NCBI GenBank assembly: GCA_039589875.1
Contig: JBDHGL010000002.1
Location: 6,608-70,607, forward strand
Reading direction: 5' to 3'
DNA length: 64,000 nt
Origin: Gemmatimonadota bacterium
GTDB taxonomy: Bacteria; Gemmatimonadota; Gemmatimonadetes; Palauibacterales; Palauibacteraceae
A model generated the notes under the pieces. It saw only the letters and a list, made by a program, of their open reading frames with translations. It did not search any database and had not been told where the DNA came from. Positions within the stretch are counted from its first letter, which is position 1, and the number at the start of each line of letters is the position of its first letter. This document shows positions 56,769 to 64,000 of the stretch, in pieces. The position numbers and the translations under genes are program-made.

Positions 56769-57992
56769 ATGGAGATGAAAGCCTTCGTGCGCCCTTTGAT
56801 CACGTCTGCCGGTCGCTCGGCAGCGATCCTGTCGTTGTTTGCTCTTGTCGCGGCCACAAGCGCTTGTCGGGTGGAGCCGGCCGCCTCGGAAGAGGCCGCC
56901 ATGCAGCGCCTCGAGAGTATTCCCTATCTGAACTGGTTGGGAGTAAGTGAGTCGGCGCGCTATCTGGATGGGGTGACCGCTCATCAGCCGGAGCTCACGG
57001 CCTCGGGCGTCAATTTCTTCAACTCACGGCCTCGGGCGCGGGCCGTGTTCATGGACCTCGACGGCTCCGAGGTACACGCTTGGCGCGGAAGCTCGAGGGA
57101 CGGTTGGCACCATATCGAGCTCGATTCCGACGGCTCGCTCTACGCCATCGAAAAGGACGTGGCGCTGTCCAAGCTCGATTGGCACTCCAATCTGCTGTGG
57201 AAGCGGGAAATCGGCGCACACCACGACATCGCCTTGCTTCCCGAAGGCGTCCTCGTCCTCACCAGGGGACCCGCCGAACTCACCGTCCGAGGGCATCGTC
57301 TGCGCATACTGGATGACTACATCGAGCTTCTCTCGTCGGAAGGGGAGCGCGTTCGACGAATCCCGGTCTCGCGGCTGTTCGGAGAACGTCTCTCGGATGA
57401 GACGATCGCGGAGATCGAGCTGATCCTGAAGGAAACCCCGCTCGCCGTGCCGGAGCCGGAGACCGCTCTGGATGTGTTCCATACGAATGCGATCGAGATG
57501 TTGGCCGACGGTCGCCTGCTGGTCGGAGTGCGGAATCTGGATCTGGTCGCGATCGTGGACCTCGAGAGCGAGTCCGTTGTCTGGGAGTGGGGGCCCGGTG
57601 AGCTGGACCGACCTCATGAGCCGACGATGTTGGCCAATGGCCACTTGCTGATCTTCGATAACGGCATGCACCGCGGCTACTCACGCGTCGTCGAAGTCGA
57701 CACCGCCACCTCGCAGATCGTGTGGGAGTACTCGGAAGGACCGGGTGGCGACTTCTACACCCGGATTCGGGGTGGCGTGCAGCAGCTCCCCAACGGGAAC
57801 GTACTCGTCACGGAATCAGATCGCGGCCGCGTCTTCGAGGTGACGCGCGAGAAGCAGATCGTCTGGGAGTACTACAACCCCGATCGCATCAGCGCCGAAC
57901 CGATCCCCAACGACGTCAGGGCCTTTCGAGCGCCGATCTACCGAGTCAAGCGAATCTCGCTGGAGGTTATGGCGGCGATCGCGGAACGCTAG
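56769..57992 (+). CDS. Lipoprotein, arylsulfotransferase (ASST)-like beta-propeller protein
   Basis: Lipobox ...LFALVAATSAC. Repeated W-x-Y/W-x-W blades (VWEWGPG, IVWEYSEG, IVWEYYNP) and the NGHLLIFDNG motif. The family call is by resemblance only. Confidence 0.5.
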   Translation: MEMKAFVRPLITSAGRSAAILSLFALVAATSACRVEPAASEEAAMQRLESIPYLNWLGVSESARYLDGVTAHQPELTASGVNFFNSRPRARAVFMDLDGSEVHAWRGSSRDGWHHIELDSDGSLYAIEKDVALSKLDWHSNLLWKREIGAHHDIALLPEGVLVLTRGPAELTVRGHRLRILDDYIELLSSEGERVRRIPVSRLFGERLSDETIAEIELILKETPLAVPEPETALDVFHTNAIEMLADGRLLVGVRNLDLVAIVDLESESVVWEWGPGELDRPHEPTMLANGHLLIFDNGMHRGYSRVVEVDTATSQIVWEYSEGPGGDFYTRIRGGVQQLPNGNVLVTESDRGRVFEVTREKQIVWEYYNPDRISAEPIPNDVRAFRAPIYRVKRISLEVMAAIAER

Positions 57993-59095
57993 ACGGTCTG
58001 CCGGCCTTCGGCGCGGCGGATCAGCCGCCCGACGACCGCCCAGACGGCGAGGACGATCAGAACGCTGACATAGCCGTCGATCGCGTAGTGCCAGGCCAGA
58101 TGAACCGATCCGATCAGGATCGCGACCAGGTAGGCCAGAAACGCCCAGCCAAGCCATCGCTTGGTTCGAAAACCCACCAGGACGTAAAGCGTAGGCAACG
58201 CGACGTGCATGCTGGGCATGGCCGAGATTCCGTAGAACCGGTGGTCTCCCTGATAGCCGTCCCAGAGGAGCTCCTGTACGTGGAGTGCCGCCACGGGAAC
58301 GGATTGGTTCACCTCCGCGAGGAAGGCCAGGAGGGGCGCGAACGGATCGGGCAGGCCGACCACCTGCCCGTAGAAGCACGGGCCGGCGGATGACAACATG
58401 ATCGCGAGCACGGTTCCCACGACGATCGACGAGATTGCGAAGGAGAGCAGAAACTGCTTGCGTAGCGCACGGTTCGCGCTCCAGAACTGCCAGGCGAGAA
58501 CCAGCGGGATCGAGCGGAGCCAAAGGATATAGATCTTGTCGATCGCCCAGGTGGCCGTGACGTTGCCGAACAGTGGCTGCAGCCAGAGCCACGGATCGCG
58601 TCCGAAGTGCAGCGCCCGGTCCAGCTGCATGAAGGCCGGGTCCCACGAGAAGGGGTTGAACAGGGGGATCGCGCGCTTGTACGCCATAAAAGTGCTCATG
58701 ACGATGGCCAGCAAGGTGCACGCGACTACCACCCCTCCGAACCGGAAGGCAGAGAAATGGTCGCTGCGATAAGCCTCCCAGCTCTCCGCCAGGCTGGTTC
58801 GCCGATCGGCCGGGACCGTCCGAACGTTCTTGAAGTATGCCGCATTGAAGCGGACTAAATGGTAGGCGATCGGAAACGCCAGGGCGATCAGCAGATATGT
58901 CCACCAGATGGCGGCCGTGCTGCGCTCGATGGGTTGTAGGACTTCGTGTCCAAACGTCAATCGCAGCAGATAGCAGACGGCCACGTAGACCGCGACGACG
59001 ACGGCCAGAGCCCGGTGCTCCCGGATGCTCGCCAGCAGTTGCTCGAGCGTACCTTCGCCCGGCCCTTCGCGCCGACCTACGGCTGTCTGCTCCAT
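57989..59095 (-). CDS. PAP2-superfamily integral membrane protein, paralog of the 25392-26264 PAP2
   Basis: About 8 TM helices. Motifs SMHVALP and WHYAIDGYVSVLIVLA, matching FPSSHVAGT and YHYAIDAAAGVLIAVA in the first PAP2. Confidence 0.7.
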   Translation of the reverse strand: MEQTAVGRREGPGEGTLEQLLASIREHRALAVVVAVYVAVCYLLRLTFGHEVLQPIERSTAAIWWTYLLIALAFPIAYHLVRFNAAYFKNVRTVPADRRTSLAESWEAYRSDHFSAFRFGGVVVACTLLAIVMSTFMAYKRAIPLFNPFSWDPAFMQLDRALHFGRDPWLWLQPLFGNVTATWAIDKIYILWLRSIPLVLAWQFWSANRALRKQFLLSFAISSIVVGTVLAIMLSSAGPCFYGQVVGLPDPFAPLLAFLAEVNQSVPVAALHVQELLWDGYQGDHRFYGISAMPSMHVALPTLYVLVGFRTKRWLGWAFLAYLVAILIGSVHLAWHYAIDGYVSVLIVLAVWAVVGRLIRRAEGRQTV

Positions 59096-59304
59096 GAGCT
59101 CTCGAAGTTACGAGTTGCTTGGATTCTCGGTCTTCCCTGGCTTACACTAAACGCGCTGCGCCGCCGCCGCCGGCATTGCACGATATACGCCATTCACCGC
59201 GTCGGATGCTCGGGCATGGCGTTTCGCGCTGCGTTTCCGGCGCATGCCCAGCCGGGTGAAGCGGACATACCGAGGGCACGATCCCTGCTATCCCTGATGG
59301 CCTG

Positions 59305-61344
59305 ATGTCTGAAGCTCGCGACCACGTATTCAAGATCCAGAACGCAGCCCTCTGGGCCGGCATGGGAGTACTCTCCCTGGCCCTCTACGTGGCCGTGCCG
59401 CGCTCTGCTTGGCACGATTCCCTGCTCCCATTGGCTTCACGACTCGGGCTGGCCGGTATCGAGCTCGTCCTACTGGCCGTTCTCTGCATGATCCTGGCGC
59501 TAGGTCTCTCGTGGTACACGGTCCACTACGGCGACTGGAAACCGGTTTGGCAACGTCTCGCAGGCGGGATCGTACTTGGCTTCGGCTGGGCCTTCCTGCT
59601 CACGTATCTGGCAAGCTGGGCCGCCCTGCACTCGACGGGCCGATTCCTCGACTCGGTCACGGTGCTCCTGTTCGGGGCGAACGCCGTACAGATGATCCAA
59701 CACGCTGCCCAAATGGATCCGGTGTTGCTGATCGCGCTCCCCGTCCTGGCCTTCGCTCTGGCGGCAGGCGTGACGGTGGCCCTGCCGCGACTGGCGATGA
59801 AGGCGAGTCCGAAGACGGCACGGATCGCCTCGGTATCGGCGCTCTTTGCCGTGGCCGGCTGCGCGGTTCTCGCCGGGGCCGGGAGTCGCTACACGGTCAC
59901 GCAGATGTATAAGGGTGGCTTCGGCCAGACCGGGCCGCTCACCAGTCTGGGCCAGGATTTGGCCACGCAGATCTCGTTTCGGTCCGACCCGGTATGGAGC
60001 GCGCAAATCGTTCCGCTCGAGCAGCGGCCTGCCGTCGCCATGGAGGAGTATCTGAACGGCGTCGAGCCAGCCTATAGACGCAACATCGTGGTCGTCGTGG
60101 TCGAGTCGCTCAGAAACGATCAGCTGCAGGCCACCGGTGGTGAGAGGGAGGTGATGGGCGTTGTCGATTCCATCGCCCGCTTCTCGCGCGTCTTCACGCG
60201 AAACTATACGCAGTCGAGCCATTCCGATTACGCTGACCTGGCGATCTTCTCGTCTCATTACCCCCTTCGGTCGCCACGCTACCATATGTATCCGAAGAAC
60301 CCGACATACCCCCGTGTTCTCGTGTACGATGTTCTCAAGGGACTGGGCTATCGGACGGGCGTGTTCTCGTCGCAGAACGAGAGTTGGAGCGGGATGATCA
60401 ACTACCTGGACACAGGGAACATCGATCGCCTTCTTCACGCGGATACCTACGACGGTCCGACGTATGTTCCACGGAACGACCAGTTCTTCTACCGGTGGGT
60501 TAAGGGCTCGAAGCGAGCGGGCAAGATCGATGACCGGTTCACGGTGGGCGAGGCGATCGAGTGGATCGACGGCCTGGGCGACCAACCGTTCTTCGCCTAC
60601 GTAAACCTGCAGAGCAGTCACGTGCCGTACGAGATTCCGGCCGATTTCCCCGTCAAGTACGGCACCGGCCGCGTCTCCTTTCCCTTGCAGTTCGCCTACT
60701 TTCCTCCCGATTCTGTCGCTGCTGTGAAGGACCTGTACGCCAACAGCCTCGCCTACGTCGACGCACAGATCGCCCGTTTGGTCGCGCATCTGCAGGAGAC
60801 AGGGCGCTGGGAGAACACGATCTTCGTCGTCACCGGCGATACAGGGCAGGCTTTCTTCGAGCATGGTTTCGCCGGGCACGCGAACGCGCTGTATGATGAG
60901 GTGATGCGGGTTCCATTGGTGATTCGCTCGCCCGGGCTAGAGCCGGGCGTCGATGTCAGACTCTCACAACACGTCGATGTACCGCCCTCGTTGCTCCACC
61001 TGATAGGAGTTCCTCCGCACCCCGCCTTCCAGGGCCGCAACCTTTTTACGGAGTCGACTGGCGAGCAGCGGTTTGCCTATCTGCTCGCCCAGGCTGCGGC
61101 TCACCAATACGCGATCGTGGACGCGCGGTACAAGCTGATCTACGATGCCACCCGCCGACGCTACCTGCTGTACGATCTGAACGAAGACCCGGGAGAGATT
61201 CGTGATATCAGCGCCGAGCGGGAAGATATCGTTGGATCGCTCGCCGCGCGGCTTCATGCATGGCGTCGGGCGCAGCTCGGCTTCTATTCGGATGTGCGGC
61301 TACACGGGGATTGGTATCCGCCCGTACTGCCGGAATCGCTATAG
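59305..61344 (+). CDS. Membrane-anchored LTA-synthase/phosphoglycerol- or phosphoethanolamine-transferase family protein (sulfatase fold)
   Basis: It has an N-terminal 5-TM region. The sulfatase-fold domain carries the metal/nucleophile region ...VVVVESLRNDQL... and the ...NLQSSHVPYE, ...TGDTGQAF, and ...GFAGHAN motifs. Confidence 0.75.
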   Translation: MSEARDHVFKIQNAALWAGMGVLSLALYVAVPRSAWHDSLLPLASRLGLAGIELVLLAVLCMILALGLSWYTVHYGDWKPVWQRLAGGIVLGFGWAFLLTYLASWAALHSTGRFLDSVTVLLFGANAVQMIQHAAQMDPVLLIALPVLAFALAAGVTVALPRLAMKASPKTARIASVSALFAVAGCAVLAGAGSRYTVTQMYKGGFGQTGPLTSLGQDLATQISFRSDPVWSAQIVPLEQRPAVAMEEYLNGVEPAYRRNIVVVVVESLRNDQLQATGGEREVMGVVDSIARFSRVFTRNYTQSSHSDYADLAIFSSHYPLRSPRYHMYPKNPTYPRVLVYDVLKGLGYRTGVFSSQNESWSGMINYLDTGNIDRLLHADTYDGPTYVPRNDQFFYRWVKGSKRAGKIDDRFTVGEAIEWIDGLGDQPFFAYVNLQSSHVPYEIPADFPVKYGTGRVSFPLQFAYFPPDSVAAVKDLYANSLAYVDAQIARLVAHLQETGRWENTIFVVTGDTGQAFFEHGFAGHANALYDEVMRVPLVIRSPGLEPGVDVRLSQHVDVPPSLLHLIGVPPHPAFQGRNLFTESTGEQRFAYLLAQAAAHQYAIVDARYKLIYDATRRRYLLYDLNEDPGEIRDISAEREDIVGSLAARLHAWRRAQLGFYSDVRLHGDWYPPVLPESL

Positions 61345-61370
61345 TCTCGAGACGGATGGCCGGGCGCCCG

Positions 61371-62420
61371 TCAGCCGGCTGAGGAGCGTGGGGCCAGCTT
61401 GAGCGATTCGAAGGACTCGAGCACGCGGAAGTCCTGGAGGTAGGTCTCGAGATCCTCGCCCACCTGCCGGATGCGCTCGAGTTCCACGTTTCCGAGGAAG
61501 ATCCCGGCCTCTCCGATGTAGGACACTCTGGCCGGATCGATGCTCATCAGGCGAGCACAGGTGGCGTCCACGGCTACCGGATCGGCGCCGAGCACCAGGA
61601 CGCCCACGTGCTTGGCTTCCCCTTGGATCGGGCCGTTTCCTTCCATACCGACGATTCCGTCCACCAGGTTGAAGCGCGGCACCTCGAGCGCGGCGTTGAT
61701 ATCGAGGATGCTCGAGTTGATCCCCACCCAGTGAAGCAGGTTCTTCGGCCAGCCATAGACCGTACCGGGCACGACACCGAACATGTTCTTCATGGACAGC
61801 GTAACGCCCGCCCAATGATGCGTCTTGAGCTTCGGCATGGAGATGAGCAGGTCGGCGTCCAGAACCGTCTCCGGCAGGTAGAGCGCGTCGAGCCCGGTGT
61901 ACTCGCTTAGCAGCTCGACGCGTCGAAGCGAGTCGGAGTTGAGGTCGACGTACGGTGCTCCCGTCTCGCGGAGCACGTCCTCGAGCCCCGAGGCGCGGTG
62001 CAGGTACTCGTTGTCCCGACGGTGGCCCGGACCCTCTGCCACAACCACCTCACGTGCCCCGAGACCTCGCAGCGCCTCCACCGCGGCTCCGATCAGCACC
62101 GGATTCGTGTTGATGACGCCCTGCGGATCGAACTCCACCAGGTTCGGCTTGAGCACGACTCGCTTGCCGCTGACGTCCAGGGGAAAGAGCCGCAGTCCAG
62201 ACGTCACGATGCTGCGCAGATCATCCTCGTAGCTGGCGGCCGGCAGGATCGCCACTCGAGACGACTCCGGTTTCCGGATCGCTTCGGCGCTCCAGCGTGG
62301 ACGGTCCTCATCCCTGCGGCATCCGGGAACGGATACCGCCGCCGCCGCGGCAGCGCTGACCTTCAGGAAGTCGCGCCGATCAAGCCTCACGAGGCACCTC
62401 CAGAGGTCGAGCAGCCTCAT
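61371..62420 (-). CDS. DUF362-family protein with a Tat signal
   Basis: From the internal start: MRLLDLWRCLVRLDRRDFLKVSAAAAAAVSVPG (twin-arginine). The core (...VVLKPNLV, ...ISMPKLKTHHWAGVTLSMKNMFG...) resembles DUF362. Confidence 0.6.
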   Translation of the reverse strand: MRLLDLWRCLVRLDRRDFLKVSAAAAAAVSVPGCRRDEDRPRWSAEAIRKPESSRVAILPAASYEDDLRSIVTSGLRLFPLDVSGKRVVLKPNLVEFDPQGVINTNPVLIGAAVEALRGLGAREVVVAEGPGHRRDNEYLHRASGLEDVLRETGAPYVDLNSDSLRRVELLSEYTGLDALYLPETVLDADLLISMPKLKTHHWAGVTLSMKNMFGVVPGTVYGWPKNLLHWVGINSSILDINAALEVPRFNLVDGIVGMEGNGPIQGEAKHVGVLVLGADPVAVDATCARLMSIDPARVSYIGEAGIFLGNVELERIRQVGEDLETYLQDFRVLESFESLKLAPRSSAG

Positions 62421-63285
62421 CCAGCGCCAGTGCCGCGAACGCAATGGCTCGGGTCTGGACCGGCGGCGGAGCCGTCGCGACGCGCTGGGCCAGAGCGGTG
62501 CGTCGATCCGAGACGTCTTCATCGAACAGCTGAAAAGCGAGCACGCCGAGCGCTTGCACGAGCACGGAGTCGTTCTCGTCGAGCATTCGCCTCAAGGCGG
62601 CAAGGCTTCGCTCGATCAGTTCGTTCCTGGGCACATCCTGCAGGGCGATCAGGCCGAGCGCGGTCGTGTCCGGGTAGGGCCAAAGGTGCTCGCCGAGAAC
62701 CAGCGAGTTTCCATAGTTCCAGCCGCCCTCTTCGCAGGTGCGATCGAAGATCATGCGCTCGGCCTCATCGATACGGGCTCGAGAGCGCCGGCTCGACAGC
62801 TCAGGGCGTAGCGATTTGAGGGCGATCAGGGCGTACGAGGTCGGCTCGACCCAGCTGAAAGTGTCCGGAAGCCAGGGCCATCCGGTGAGGTCCCAGTCCA
62901 GCTCGACGGGCTTGCGCTCCGGGAAAAAGCGGAACATCAGTCGGGTGAGCCAGCTGTGTCCGCGGCCTTCCTGCTGCAAGAGCCAGCGAGCCCCGGACTC
63001 GACCCGGCCCCGGTCCTCTTCCGAGCGGCGGAGGGCTAGAACAGCTAGGCTGGTCATCCAGTGGCTGAGGGGCACTTGATCGGAATGGGGCCACGATCCA
63101 TCGGAGCGCTGTAGGATGCGAAGCCATTCTCTGGCCCGGGTCGCCGAGCCTTCCGGGCCGCCGCCATTGGCAAGCGAGAGGGCTAGCAGGGAGAGAGCGG
63201 TGGATTCCGTGTCGCTCGGTCCGTCTGGACGCGCGGACCAGCCCCCATCCGCCCGCTGCGTCTCCTGGAGCAGCAGGCGTAGCAT
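62380..63285 (-). CDS. Prenyltransferase/squalene-oxidase-repeat (terpene cyclase-like alpha-alpha toroid) protein
   Basis: Repeated QxxDGGW/DGSW motifs (QRADGGWSARPDG, QRSDGSWPHSD, CEEGGWNYGNS). I chose the start at 63285 (MLRLLLQETQ) to avoid overlap with the divergent plus-strand gene. The ORF-track start at 63417 is the alternative. Confidence 0.55.
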   Translation of the reverse strand: MLRLLLQETQRADGGWSARPDGPSDTESTALSLLALSLANGGGPEGSATRAREWLRILQRSDGSWPHSDQVPLSHWMTSLAVLALRRSEEDRGRVESGARWLLQQEGRGHSWLTRLMFRFFPERKPVELDWDLTGWPWLPDTFSWVEPTSYALIALKSLRPELSSRRSRARIDEAERMIFDRTCEEGGWNYGNSLVLGEHLWPYPDTTALGLIALQDVPRNELIERSLAALRRMLDENDSVLVQALGVLAFQLFDEDVSDRRTALAQRVATAPPPVQTRAIAFAALALDEAARPLEVPREA

Positions 63286-63372
63286 CGCGAGCGCGGACAA
63301 CGAGGACACGTTCGATTCCTCACCCTCCGCTTGCTTTTCTTGGCCCAGGACTTGCCGATTCACCGGTTCCTC

Positions 63373-64000
63373 ATGAACAACAAACATAGTACTTCGTCGG
63401 ACGGATCCGAGCGCCAAAAGCGGCTTTGGAACATCGCGGTCGCAGCGCTAGCGCTTTCCGCCTCCCTACTCCTGGTGATCAGGACAGCCGCCGACCCCGA
63501 CCTGTGGGGTCACGTGCTCTTCGGTTTGGATCTTCTCCGAACCAGCACGCTGCCGGAGACGGATCCGTATTCGTACGTCAGCTATGGGCATCCGTGGATC
63601 AACCACGAGCTCCTTTCGGAGCTGGCCTTCGGTCTGAGCTACCGCACCGCTGGAACGTTCGGCCTCATGCTGCTCAAAGCCGTGGTCGCAATGTCTTTGG
63701 TGGGGCTCCTCTTCCGCCACCTGATCCGCCGCGGACTGCCGACCGTCCGAGCAGCTATCGTACTCATTCTGACCGTTTTTGCCATGTTGACGGCGATCGG
63801 TACTCTGCGCCCTCACCTCTTCACACTCCTCTTTTTCCTGATGACTCTCCTGGTCATCGAACGGGCGCAGCGAGGGCAGCCTCGTTGGCTGTGGGCTCTG
63901 CCGCCGATCTTCGCTCTCTGGATCAACTTCCACGGTGGAGTGCTGGCCGGGATCGGAATTCTGGTCCTTTGGGCCGGGATACGAGTCGTGCTTTCGATGT
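63373..64000 (+). CDS. Polytopic membrane protein. The 5' part only is in the window. Possibly a glycosyltransferase-type membrane enzyme.
   Basis: The ATG at 63373 opens a frame that stays open to the window end. It has several TM helices (IAVAALALSASLLLVI, FGLMLLKAVVAMSLVGLLF, ...). Confidence 0.5.
   Translation, partial: MNNKHSTSSDGSERQKRLWNIAVAALALSASLLLVIRTAADPDLWGHVLFGLDLLRTSTLPETDPYSYVSYGHPWINHELLSELAFGLSYRTAGTFGLMLLKAVVAMSLVGLLFRHLIRRGLPTVRAAIVLILTVFAMLTAIGTLRPHLFTLLFFLMTLLVIERAQRGQPRWLWALPPIFALWINFHGGVLAGIGILVLWAGIRVVLSM

Noticed and set aside
59500-60879. 459-aa minus-strand ORF
   Set aside because: It is antisense to the LTA-synthase-family gene.
1-64000. CRISPR arrays, IS elements, integrases, prophage genes
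   Set aside because: I looked for regularly spaced direct repeats, for terminal inverted repeats flanking transposase-like ORFs, and for recombinase motifs. None were found. The only repeats seen are the 33-nt tandem at 7413-7478 and short palindromes.

Overview
Scope: this is a high-GC (roughly 65-70%) bacterial chromosomal segment, densely packed with genes on both strands. The envelope gene content (OmpA-like lipoprotein, outer-membrane beta-barrels, a TonB-dependent receptor, many CarboxypepD_reg-domain and lipoprotein genes) points to a diderm, possibly a Gemmatimonadota- or Acidobacteriota-like organism. That taxonomic guess is inference only. I found no rRNA, tRNA, CRISPR array, transposase or integrase.

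Recognisable content runs in this order:
- A lipoate-dependent 2-oxoacid dehydrogenase operon (E1alpha, E1beta, E2, the E2 running off the 5' edge) with a YgfZ-like folate-binding protein beside it.
- An OmpA-family lipoprotein, two SDR/epimerase-like genes and an outer-membrane beta-barrel.
- A three-gene plus-strand unit: a homocysteine S-methyltransferase/methylenetetrahydrofolate reductase fusion, an aconitase-family hydro-lyase with swivel-first domain order, and a zinc alcohol dehydrogenase.
- A tightly packed minus-strand string: patatin-like lipase, M23 peptidase, LpdA-like flavoprotein, Tat-exported M24 peptidase.
- Two ECF sigma/anti-sigma pairs, one of them next to a TonB-dependent receptor.
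- pyrF, tdk, an Asp/Glu-type racemase, an M20 peptidase, a Glu/Leu/Phe/Val dehydrogenase and a PDZ protein.

The most interesting locus is a compact plus-strand cluster at 22013-26264: an alpha-oxoamine synthase (serine palmitoyltransferase-like), a large GNAT acyltransferase, an SDR/epimerase-fold reductase and a PAP2 membrane protein, with a CrtI-like flavoprotein divergent from it. This gene set matches the known logic of bacterial ceramide/sphingolipid synthesis (SPT, GNAT-type ceramide synthase, CerR-type reductase) plus a candidate head-group transferase. A second PAP2 paralog sits further on beside a membrane-anchored LTA-synthase-family (sulfatase-fold) transferase.

The second notable locus is a lower-GC segment at about 36600-39770 carrying the 3' half of an AfsR/SARP-type STAND regulator gene and a membrane HD-GYP phosphodiesterase gene. 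It adjoins a 4Fe-4S dicluster plus degenerate [FeFe]-hydrogenase-like domain fused to a GGDEF diguanylate cyclase, which is co-transcribed with an uncharacterised tandem-domain protein.

Other oddities:
- Two tandem paralogous secreted CarboxypepD_reg proteins translationally packed against an SRAP (YedK-like) gene.
- A lipoprotein signal peptide encoded in frame upstream of a beta-propeller ORF with no canonical start codon.
- A 33-nt tandem repeat inside a lipoprotein gene.

Coordinates come from the ORF track plus residue counting. Reading nucleotide positions by hand off the printed sequence drifted by plus or minus 1 nt in places, so start codons are good to about that precision.
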